From an uncultured Cytophagales bacterium (lineage in GTDB: Bacteria > Bacteroidota > Bacteroidia > Cytophagales > JAAEPT01), in assembly GCA_963815495.1 (NCBI GenBank), contig CAWFGW010000007.1:193531-257530 (forward strand): a stretch of 64,000 nucleotides of DNA, read 5' to 3'. The translations under genes and the position numbers were made by a program. How positions within the stretch are numbered: position 1 is the first letter of the stretch; each line of letters begins with the position of its first letter. Shown piece after piece: positions 1-9,157 of the stretch. The notes below the pieces were generated by a model. It did no database searches. It worked only from the letters and a program-made list of their open reading frames with translations, and was not told the origin of the DNA.

Positions 1-637
1 CCATTCCAAAAATATCTACTTCGAAGGAAGTATGCTGACTTTTGTACTGTATGGGCTTTTCTAGCTCATGTACCGAGCTGATTCGGCTAATTTTAAAGGT
101 CTTCATCGTTTGTGTCGCTACTTCAAACGCATACAAACTTTCGTAATCATCAGAAAAACTTACGACTTCTACTCGTCTGTCGGTAATATTTCCTGAGTTA
201 GCGGAATGATATTTTTCTAAGATTACTTGATGATCATTATCTAACGCCATGCGCAGCTTTCTAATCAACAATCCCGCTCGAGCGGTGATGATTTCATTTG
301 AAATGGATTTGATATCGGAATGCGTAAACAGCTTCTTGATGATGGTGTCTTTCAGTGGGTGTTTGTTTGCTCCCGTTTCTACCAAGTCACTGACGAGTTG
401 TGCTTCTTCCTGTGTAAAGTCTAGTCCTTCTTTATGAGCTTCGTAGTTGGCGATGAAATAATTATCATCAAAATCCTTATCGATAATAAAACCCAAGTTT
501 TCAAGTAAGGTGAGGTAACGATATACTGTGCGGCTACTTACTTCAAAGGTATTCGAAAGGTAAGCAACTGATTGTGGACGTTTTTTCAACACACTGATCA
601 GCTTAAAGACACGAAGAATTTTAGCCTGTTCATTCAT
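1..637 (-). CDS. HTH + WYL-domain transcriptional regulator (partial; C-terminus runs off the left edge)
   Basis: Absent from the ORF track because it is open to the window edge. Manual minus-strand translation from ATG (complement of 635-637): MNEQAKILRVFKLISVLKKRPQSVAYLSNTFEVSSRTVYRYLTLLENLGFII (winged HTH), later DRRVEVVSFSDDYESLYAFEVATQTMKTFKISRISSV (WYL-domain-like strands). No stop before position 1. Confidence 0.6.
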   Translation of the reverse strand, partial: MNEQAKILRVFKLISVLKKRPQSVAYLSNTFEVSSRTVYRYLTLLENLGFIIDKDFDDNYFIANYEAHKEGLDFTQEEAQLVSDLVETGANKHPLKDTIIKKLFTHSDIKSISNEIITARAGLLIRKLRMALDNDHQVILEKYHSANSGNITDRRVEVVSFSDDYESLYAFEVATQTMKTFKISRISSVHELEKPIQYKSQHTSFEVDIFGM

Positions 638-724
638 TGATGAAAAGATAAACAAGTTTTGTAAAAATTAAGTCTTAAAAAATGATTTCAGCCTGAGTAG
701 ACGTAAACTAACATGCAAAAATCA

Positions 725-1384
725 TCACTTTTTCACCAAATCAGGATACTTCTCTTTTAGTTTATTTAACCTAGGAATTGACACTTGTCGAATGTAGCCA
801 TTGTCGGGGTGCAGTCGTTCATAGTCTTGATGGTATGCTTCTGCTACCCAGAATTTTTCAAACTTCTTCACCTCAGCCGCTATATCCGCATTAAGTTCTT
901 TAGCTAACGCAGCTTTTTTTGCTTCAATGATGCTTTTCTCTTCTTCGTTTTGATAAAAAAGAATCGACCGATATTGCGAACCATGGTCGGGACCTTGGCC
1001 ATTAACTTGTGTCTGGTTTTGTGTGGCAAAATAGATATCTATCAATTGGCTAAAACTAATCACCGAGGGATCATAGTGTACTTTTACGGCTTCGGCATGT
1101 CCCGTTGTGCCTGTGTTGCTTGACTCGTAAGTGGGGTTTTTAGTATGGCCACCAGAATAACCAGAAACTACCTCACCCACCCCTCTAGTATGTTCATAAA
1201 TGGCTTCTACACACCAAAAACAGCCACTAGCAAAATAGGCCGTTGCGGTTGCATTTAAATTAGGTTGCGGGGGCTTAGATATTTCAACAGCTTTGTTGTT
1301 CGCATTGCTTGTAGCATTGCAGGCAGACAAGGTAAATAAAAAAAGAAGGGTCCAAACCAAGTTTTTCAAATGTATTTTTCTCAT
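725..1384 (-). CDS. msrA: Peptide-methionine (S)-S-oxide reductase MsrA, lipoprotein-type signal
   Basis: ORF 725..1423. GCFWC active-site motif and YHQDY near the C-terminus. The likely true start is the internal MRKIHLKNLVWTLLFLFTLSAC (ATG complement at 1382-1384), giving a signal peptide with a lipobox Cys. Confidence 0.9.
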   Translation of the reverse strand: MRKIHLKNLVWTLLFLFTLSACNATSNANNKAVEISKPPQPNLNATATAYFASGCFWCVEAIYEHTRGVGEVVSGYSGGHTKNPTYESSNTGTTGHAEAVKVHYDPSVISFSQLIDIYFATQNQTQVNGQGPDHGSQYRSILFYQNEEEKSIIEAKKAALAKELNADIAAEVKKFEKFWVAEAYHQDYERLHPDNGYIRQVSIPRLNKLKEKYPDLVKK

Positions 1385-1513
1385 AGTGGATTTATATTGT
1401 AAAGTACTAACCACAAATTTCAAGTTTTTGTTATAATAAAAATGTCTTTTAGATTACTTATAGGGATTTAAGATAAAGGAGGCTTATGAAAACATATACG
1501 ATGGGTATGGTTA

Positions 1514-1550
1514 AACAAAAAAACCGATATGCTTTCACAAATCGGTTTTT
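1514..1550 (-). terminator. Rho-independent terminator downstream of the aminotransferase gene
   Basis: AAAAACCGAT / ATCGGTTTTT inverted repeat with a 12-nt loop. On the minus strand the stem is followed by a T-run. It lies 27 nt after the stop at 1577. Confidence 0.6.
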
Positions 1551-1576
1551 CTAACTCTATTTTCTTAATAAAAACA

Positions 1577-2878
1577 CTAAGAGGCACAATACTCTAATAT
1601 TGCTTCTTTAATTTTTGTAAACGTACTCTGCAACAATTCTTCGTTTTCCTCTAACAGTGTTACTCTAAAGCCTTTTAAATCAGAGTGAAAGGATGACAAA
1701 GGTACTACACACACTCCTTTTGAAGCCAACAAATAATAGACGAACCGCTTATCAAAGTCCATGTCCTTAGCCGTCCACTCTTCTGCTAATGCTCTACGTT
1801 TATCATCTTCGATGTGAATTTTTTGACCTGCTTTTAACACCCCTTCATTAAACACCATGGTATTATAAAAGGCACCAAAGGTCTCATTAAAAGTGATTTG
1901 AGGCACATCTTTCAAAATACCTGTAATGATCTTACTTCTTCGTCCGATGCTTTCATTCAACTCTTTACGATATTCTGCATAGTTTTCATCCGTCATAATT
2001 TTCGGAATAGCCAACTGTGGCAATGTCGTTGAACAAACCTCGATCATTTTCGCATCTTCCAAAGTCGAACACAAACGTGCAAATTCTGAATCTTTGTTTC
2101 GGTTATAAAACTCCATCCAGCCACAACGTGACCCTGGCCACGGCAATTCTTTTGAAATTCCCTTCATCGCAATTCCAGGTACATCACCAATTACTTCTGC
2201 GAGTGAAACAGCTGTTACACCATTGTAAGTGATGTTTTGATAGATTTCATCACTAATAATAAACAAATCAAACTCTTTCGCGATTTCCACAATGCGTTTC
2301 AACATTTCAATCGGATACACCATTCCGGTTGGATTATCAGGGTTGATAATCAAAATACCAATGATATTGGGGTTGTATTTGATTTGCATATACATCTCAT
2401 CCACATCTGGGTACCACGAGTTTTGTGGGTCCAAGCGGTAAGTGATGGGAACCTTATTTGCATGTGCTGCTTCTGCCGAGCTATGTGTAGAGTAAGCGGG
2501 CGATGGACCAATAACACGAGACGATGGATATAAATATTGGTATACTTTAGCTATGGCATCGCCCAACCCATTAAAAAACAATATATCCTGAGCATCTATT
2601 TGTACTCCACCTTTTTTGTTGGTGCGTTCTGCAAGAAATTGACGCGTCTTAAAATCACCTTTGGAGTGAGTATAACCATACGATCGATCTTCTTGAACTA
2701 AATTAGTTACTATATTTTTCATCCAGGCGGGAATCTTGGCGTTCTTTTGAATAGGATCTCCTATGTTTTCAAAAGTGATTTTCGTACCAATAGCTTCAAG
2801 CTTTTCAGCTTTCTTTACGATGTTACGAATTTCGTACTCCAACTCTTCTGCACCTTCGTATAGTAACTTTGTTCTCAT
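1577..2878 (-). CDS. PLP-dependent aminotransferase, class I/II (alanine-aminotransferase-like)
   Basis: 433-aa ORF. Motifs NPDNPTG and SKELPWPGSRCGW (PLP-lysine region, S-x-SK...G-x-R-x-G pattern) are typical of class I/II aminotransferases. Confidence 0.85.
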   Translation of the reverse strand: MRTKLLYEGAEELEYEIRNIVKKAEKLEAIGTKITFENIGDPIQKNAKIPAWMKNIVTNLVQEDRSYGYTHSKGDFKTRQFLAERTNKKGGVQIDAQDILFFNGLGDAIAKVYQYLYPSSRVIGPSPAYSTHSSAEAAHANKVPITYRLDPQNSWYPDVDEMYMQIKYNPNIIGILIINPDNPTGMVYPIEMLKRIVEIAKEFDLFIISDEIYQNITYNGVTAVSLAEVIGDVPGIAMKGISKELPWPGSRCGWMEFYNRNKDSEFARLCSTLEDAKMIEVCSTTLPQLAIPKIMTDENYAEYRKELNESIGRRSKIITGILKDVPQITFNETFGAFYNTMVFNEGVLKAGQKIHIEDDKRRALAEEWTAKDMDFDKRFVYYLLASKGVCVVPLSSFHSDLKGFRVTLLEENEELLQSTFTKIKEAILEYCAS

Positions 2879-3033
2879 TTATTTAAATGGTTTACGTTTT
2901 TAGCACACGCTAAAAGGCTGCAAATTTATGAATTTTTTATACAATCTATGGATGTTTATAATTCCTTCTAAAATTGATTGGTGAATAAGCCCAAGCAGCC
3001 TAACTTGCTTTGATTCTTACAAATAAGTTTTAA

Positions 3034-4155
3034 ATGCATTTATTCGATTTCATTACCTGGCAAGCAGACCCCGAAATTTTCTCCATCGGGTCATTTTCAA
3101 TTCGTTGGTATGGTTTACTTTTCGCCATGGGCTTTATTGTTGGTCAGCGCATCATTTCACGCTTTTTTAAATACAATGGTTATGATGAAAAAATGGTTGA
3201 TTCCTTTGTAATTTATTCGGTAATAGGTACCGTTGTAGGTGCTCGATTAGGTCATGTGTTCTTCTATGGCCCTTATTTTACTCCAGAAGGAACTGGGTAT
3301 TTTGACAACCCAATCTCTATTTTAAACCTGCGTGAAGGTGGTCTGGCTAGTCACGGTGCTTTAATTGGGTTATTAATTTCCACTTACCTTTTTTATAAAT
3401 ATAAAATCAAAGAAAGCTACTTGTGGATTACGGACCGCTTAGCAATTACAGTAGCGTTGGCTGGTTGTTTCATTCGTTTTGGCAATTTAATGAACTCGGA
3501 AATCATTGGAAAACCAACGAACTCTCCTACTGCATTTATTTTCGCCAAAGATGCAGCTCTAAATTGGGAAGAACATTTTGAAAATGTATTTGATGGTGTT
3601 GACTTTGAATCTACAGGTGAAATAAGAACTGAGAACGGGCAAGAATATGAGCGAATGAATGCTTCTGTAATTTTCAAAGATGAATTTCAAGATGAAGCGG
3701 TATGTGAAAAATATATTTCAAATACTGTAATTCCTTATCAAGCAACTTACTATAAATATAATCCAGACCGGAGTCATATTACCTTTTTTGAAAACCCTGA
3801 TAACATCAGATTTACCAAAGATGATGGTCGCTTAGTCGCTTCTTTTTCTACTTATGGTATTCCTCGTCATCCCTCTCAATTGTACGAATCCATTAGCTCA
3901 CTCTTTGTGTTTGTATTATTGTTCTATCTGATGGACAAAAGTAAAGGCAAACTCCCTGACGGCATGAGCACGGGGATCTTCTTAACCTTAGTGTTTGGTT
4001 TGCGCTTTGTTTACGAAATATTCAAGGAAAATCAGGTGGATATGGAAGATGGTTGGTTGCTGAACATGGGACAAATTTTAAGTATCCCTTCTCTCCTATT
4101 CGGTTTATTCTTGTTATTTAGAGCACTTAATCAACAGAAGAAAAGTGCCACGTAA
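3034..4155 (+). CDS. lgt: Prolipoprotein diacylglyceryl transferase Lgt (with a roughly 100-aa central insertion)
   Basis: 373-aa polytopic ORF. Contains IRWYGLLFAMGF, GGLASHGALIG and RHPSQLYES, matching the Lgt signature regions. Confidence 0.85.
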   Translation: MHLFDFITWQADPEIFSIGSFSIRWYGLLFAMGFIVGQRIISRFFKYNGYDEKMVDSFVIYSVIGTVVGARLGHVFFYGPYFTPEGTGYFDNPISILNLREGGLASHGALIGLLISTYLFYKYKIKESYLWITDRLAITVALAGCFIRFGNLMNSEIIGKPTNSPTAFIFAKDAALNWEEHFENVFDGVDFESTGEIRTENGQEYERMNASVIFKDEFQDEAVCEKYISNTVIPYQATYYKYNPDRSHITFFENPDNIRFTKDDGRLVASFSTYGIPRHPSQLYESISSLFVFVLLFYLMDKSKGKLPDGMSTGIFLTLVFGLRFVYEIFKENQVDMEDGWLLNMGQILSIPSLLFGLFLLFRALNQQKKSAT

Positions 4156-5666
4156 CTTTACAACACTTATTCTATGGCTCCTTACATTCAGTGTATTTAG
4201 TCAAACTGTCCCACTGAAACATGAGTTTCGTGGACTTTGGGTAACAACAGCCTTTAATTTGGACTGGCCATCATCCAATGATAGTAGTCCGGAAGAGCAG
4301 CAAAAAGAATTTATTACCCTACTCAATAAACACAAATCACTGGGCATCAACACAGTAATAGTGCAGGTGCGCGCTGCTGCCGATGCTTTTTATGAAAGTG
4401 ACTATGAACCGTGGTCGGTGTGGCTGACAGGTGAACAGGGTAAAAAACCAAAACCCTATTGGGATCCACTCGCATTTATGACGGAAGAGTGTCATAAACG
4501 TGGAATGGAAATTCATGCATGGTTCAACCTGTTTCAGAGCAGTATCCCATGAGCGTTTTTTCAAACCAGACCGTCACCATGTTTCAAGAAAACACCCTGA
4601 GTGGACCTATAAAATTGGGGAAAAAATATTTTTTAACCCAGGTGAACCTGACTTAAGAGAATACCTCACTAAAGTGGTAATTGATTGTGTTCAAAAGTAT
4701 GATATTGACGGGGTGCATTTAGATGACTACTTCTACCCTCAAGAAATCAATGGCGATAAAATAGATGACGACAAGACCTTCAAAACGTATGGCGATGGTT
4801 TTAAAAACAAAGGCGATTGGCGAAGAGACAACATTAACAAGTTAATCAAAATGTTGTCTGATAGCATTCATGCTAAAAAGTCATACATGAAGTTTGGAAT
4901 AAGTCCTGCCTGTGTATGGCGACACAAACATGACGACAAATTGGGATCAAACACGGAGCGCGCACTTACCAGTTATGATGACCTCTATGCGGACTCTAGA
5001 AAATGGTTACAAGAAGGCTGGATTGACTACCTCGCGCCACAACTATATTATAGTACTTTACATAAACGTGTCAATTACAACAATTTGTTAAACTGGTATG
5101 ATCAAAACAGCTTTGAACATCATGTATACATCGGTTTAGCTTATTATAAAGCACATGCACCTGATGAAGAAGGTTGGCATGATGCCAAAGAACTGCCTCG
5201 ACAAATATCCTTATTGCGATCAAAAGAAAACATTCAGGGATTTAGTTTCTTTCGAGCAAGCTCATTTCATGTCAACCCTTTACGCTTGGAAGACACACTC
5301 AAAAAGATGAATAATTATTTCTGTGTGCCTCCACCGATGTTATGGTTGGATTCTATTCCTGCTCAAGCACCATCAAATTTACATCTCATTCAAAACCAGG
5401 ATGGTGTATTGTTGCATTGGGATGAACCAGGCGCAGCTTTAGATGGTGAAACTCCCAAGTATTATTTTGTGTATCGCATAAAAAGAGGTGAACTGTTTGA
5501 TATCGCGACAGCTCAAAAAATAATAGGGCTGCCTCGTAAAAATTCGTTTCTAGATAATAATATCACACCTAATACTGAATATTATTATGTAATTACGTCT
5601 GCGGATCGATTAAATAATGAGAGCACGCACTTTATAGGTGGTTTATTTAGGACCAAAACAGAATAA
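4145..5666 (+). pseudogene. Glycosyl-hydrolase-like 10 (GHL10/DUF187, YngK-like) secreted protein, interrupted by one frameshift
   Basis: ORFs 4145..4552 and 4500..5666 are two halves of one protein. The first carries EFRGLWVTTAFNLDWPS ... EIHAWFNL, and the second continues FRAVSHERFF... HPEWTY ... GVHLDDYFYP. The frame changes within about 4523-4540 (ttcaacctgtttcagagc). Confidence 0.7.
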
Positions 5667-5701
5667 TATTTCGTTTAGTTAGTTTATTTTTTTAAGTTTT
5701 A

Positions 5702-7526
5702 ATGTATAAAATGCTACGAATAAGAATTTTTACGACTTTATTACTTTACTGGACAGTAATCTCTGTTTTTGCAGTGAAGCCAGCTATCCTGACTGACTCA
5801 CTGCATGAATTATGTCTGGCTCGGGAGTATGTGGAGTATTTAGAAGATCCCACACAACGCTTATCTATTGACTATATTAAAACGCTTGAGTGATACTTCC
5901 TCCTTATTTATCCCAAGCACCGCGCAGGATTTAATTAATACAAACATTTCATCTGCCTATTGGCTTCGTTTTAAACTAAAAGATAATAGTTCCCAAATCT
6001 TTAGAATTGAGTTATTTGACTACAACATTGATGAAATCAGTATTTATTACCCCACTAGAGACGGAAGATATATTACCAAAGAGGCTGGCTTTAATTACAC
6101 TTTTTCCCAACGAGAGATTAACCATAAAAATGTAAGCTTTAAGATTCCCCCTTCTATAGATTCTAGCTATACCTACATCCGTTTTTTTTCTGAAAAGAAA
6201 AATGTACTCGAACCTATGGTGCGATCTTATGACCACACGTTAAATTATGCAATTAATGAGTACATTTTTTTTGGTTTAGTATATGGTCTTTTACTCCTCA
6301 TAATTCTTTACAACTTCATTTATTTCGTTGTATTAAACAAGGCATATTATCTCTACATTATTTTATATGGTATTGGCATTTTAATTTATATCATGAGTCA
6401 TGATGGAACTGGTTTTCAATATATTTGGAATAACTATCCAGCAATTAATAACTACACGGGAGAAATAGGGTTAACTATTAGCACGATTTCGCTTCTACTC
6501 TTTACCAATAGCTTCCTGCAATTAAAAGAACTTAACAAAACCTATTTTAACATAATACAATGGAGTATTTATGCTAAAATCTTGCTATTTATCATTCAAC
6601 TGATTTTTACTAATTATAAAATTCTGGAGGTTTTTGATTTAACTTTCACGCTTTTACTTTTATGGTTAGCGGTAAAATTATATTTAGAAAAAATCCACTC
6701 GGCTCGTTGGCTGGTTGTCGGATATTCTGTTCTAAACCTATCATTTATTATTACTGCTCTTGAACGGACTACCCTTATACCTTCGAGTTTATTCACTGTG
6801 TATGCTTCCAATTTCGGGATTATCTTACAATTTCTATTGTTATCAATTGGTATCGCTGAAACTGTAAAACAAGTTTACAAGGAAAAAGCTCAAGGACAAG
6901 AAAAACTTATTATCCAACTATGGAAAAACGAACGTCTATCTGAAAAAGTAAACCGCGAATTGGAACAAAAAGTGAAAGAAAGAACTATTGAATTGGACAA
7001 TCTAAATGAAAGTTTGAAGAAAAAAGACGAAGAAAATATTCGAATGAATATCGCATTAGATTTGGCGAATAATGAATTGAAAAAACACATGAGTTCCTTT
7101 GCTCAATCAACTGTTGCCAAAGAGTTTCTAAGTTTTGAAGAGTTTAAAAAAGCCTTCCCCGATGAGATTTCGTGTCAACGCTATTTAAAAGAACTCAAAG
7201 AAGAGAAAGGCTTTGTATGCAGTAAATGCAATAGCACTAAAACCATCAAAGGCAAAGATAAATTTGATGTTCGGTGTGCCCAATGTAATTATAATGAATC
7301 CTTGACTGCAAACACCATCTTCCATAGATCCAAAATAGGATTACAAAAGGCTTTTTATATGCTTTATGTCGTTTTTAATCAAAAAGATCAAACTAACGCA
7401 AAGGAATTAGCCGAAACGCTTTCTCTTCAAAATAGCACTACTCAAAACTTTAAGAACAAAACACTGCTGAGACTAAAAACTCTAAAAAGAAAAAATTCTT
7501 CTTGGGAAAAATTAATTATTGATTAG
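5702..7526 (+). pseudogene. 7TMR-DISM sensor fused to a coiled coil and an IS1595-type zinc-ribbon/HTH domain, interrupted by one frameshift
   Basis: ORF 5702..5893 holds a signal peptide and the start of a 7TMR-DISMED2-like ectodomain. ORF 5868..7526 holds the rest of the ectodomain (SSAYWLRFKL), seven hydrophobic helices, a coiled coil, and a C-terminal CQRYLKELKEEKGFVCSKCNS...VRCAQCNYNESLTANTIFHRSKIGLQKAFYMLY. That C-terminus matches the N-terminal Zn-ribbon of IS1595-family transposases, but no DDE domain follows. The frameshift lies within 5868-5893. Confidence 0.65.
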
Positions 7527-7981
7527 AGCGCCCATTGTTCTAACAACCCCATGAGTTCATGTTTTTTGCGAACTGAGACCGGAACATTCTCTCCATTATC
7601 CAACACTAAATATCCCCCATCGCTTTTCACATATTTCGAAATTGAGTTAATATTAATCACAAACGATTTGTGTACACGTAAAAACTCATCATCAGGTAAT
7701 TTATCTGCGATAGCTTTAATGTTTTTACTAACTAACATTTTATTACCATTTGTTAGATATACATGCGTATAAGAGCCTGAAGCTTCTGCATATTGAATGT
7801 CATCGATTTTTAAGAATAGACATTCTTGTTTGTCCATCACAATAATTTTTCTTTTTAGGCGATGCTGAATGGGGTTCTTAAATTCAAAAGTTTGACACTT
7901 TTCTCCTTCAATAGGTTCTTTCTTAATAAAAGTAGGTCTTAGATTCATGTCCCGGTTGTTTTTTAATTCTGAATTATACAT
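7523..7981 (-). CDS. Stand-alone LytTR-family DNA-binding protein (no receiver domain)
   Basis: 152-aa ORF. FLKIDDIQYAEASGSYTHVYLTNGNKMLVSKNIKAIADKL...FLRVHKSFVINI matches the LytTR domain pattern. The N-terminal 45 aa are too short for a receiver domain. Confidence 0.8.
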   Translation of the reverse strand: MYNSELKNNRDMNLRPTFIKKEPIEGEKCQTFEFKNPIQHRLKRKIIVMDKQECLFLKIDDIQYAEASGSYTHVYLTNGNKMLVSKNIKAIADKLPDDEFLRVHKSFVININSISKYVKSDGGYLVLDNGENVPVSVRKKHELMGLLEQWAL

Positions 7982-8185
7982 AGTGGAATCAAACTAAGAA
8001 TAGAAAACCAAGTAGTGAAAATTAGCTATAGAAATTATCAAAAAATGGGTTTAAATAGCTGAGAATTTTCATGATAAAAGAATATTTCAATGACGCCAAA
8101 AACATGCTTAAAAACCCAAAAAAGACAGATTTTAAATTAAAAAAAAAGTTGAAAGACGTAAAAATTAATGGAGTAAAAAACTGAA

Positions 8186-9155
8186 TTACCAAAAAGATTT
8201 AGGACAGGTTTGCGGTTTCATATTGAAATCATATTTTAAGGTGATTTCATGGCTACCAGAAGTATATTGATTGATTTTAGAAACGGTGTAATCATACGAG
8301 TAGGCTATGTCAAAAATACCAGCATCATGAGCATTCAACCGTATTCCTGCTAATAATATAAAGGAGTCTAAATTTCTATAGGAGCTTCCTATCCAATAGT
8401 CTTTGTAGAAGTGAAATTTCATATTTAAATCCAAGGAAGGTAGTGAAGCGTTCCCCCCATATTTTAACATGATTGAAGGTACTAAATAGTGCTTAACCAC
8501 AGGGCTAGTTTGGTGCCACAAGGGTATTTTGTAGCCAGAAGTCAAATAATAGTGATGAACTAAATTTCCTTGCGAATTTTCTGTCTCAATAAAGTTAACT
8601 GAACGTTGAAATAGTTGGTTGATGGATAAACCAGTAAAAAAACGTCCATCATAGATCCAGAAACCAAAGCTAGCATCAGGAACTCGCTTTGAAATCAAGT
8701 TTACTGCTTCACCTTGTTGATCAAAATTCACTTCACTGAAATCTAACTTCACTTCTGTCATACCCAAAAACACGCCTGCTGCTAGTCGTACATCTTTATA
8801 AAGAGGGAAGTTATAGCTATATGAACCCATCATCGTTGTTTTGCTGATAGGTCCTGTTCTGATCGTTAAAGGCGATGCCTCCTATGGCATGAATCGGGTT
8901 ATTTTTATTTAGTCCAGGCTTTCGTTCGACTCCAATAGGAGCACTGCCGCTAATGTAATAGGAAGTGGGTCCACCTTTAAAATTCACCCATTGTTTACGG
9001 TAGCCTATTGCCAAATCCAAATCACCATCAGTACCGCCTACAGCCGGATTTAAGACATATTGATTGACCATGTATTGGGAAAACTGAACACGTTGCTGAC
9101 CAAACCCGTGCAGCGAGAAAGAAAATGCCAAAAGAAGGTAGAGCGATAACTTCAT
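8186..9155 (-). pseudogene. PorP/SprF-family T9SS outer-membrane protein, interrupted by one frameshift
   Basis: ORF 8817..9179 (true start probably MKLSLYLLLAF at 9155) carries QRVQFSQYMVNQYVLNPAVGG...LAIGYRKQW, typical of PorP/SprF. Another frame reads TGPISKTTMMGSYSYNF, continuous with ORF 8186..8833. The frame change is near 8860-8880. It lies directly downstream of a type-B CTD gene, which is the canonical pairing. Confidence 0.8.
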
Positions 9156-9157
9156 TT

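Noticed and set aside
2017-2533. Antisense ORFs inside well-supported genes (e.g. 2017..2232, 2237..2533, 3417..3677, 6012..6236, 10114..10756, 11595..11906, 13272..13574, 18290..18520, 20341..21019, 53266..57674, 61344..61574)
   Set aside because: All lie opposite or out of frame within long ORFs that carry clear family motifs. Their translations are low-complexity or hydrophobic nonsense with no recognisable motifs.
7090-7526. IS1595-family transposase / insertion sequence at the end of the 7TMR-DISM gene
   Set aside because: Only the N-terminal zinc-ribbon/HTH portion is present, and it is in frame with the upstream receptor. There is no DDE catalytic domain and I could find no terminal inverted repeats, so it is not an intact mobile element.
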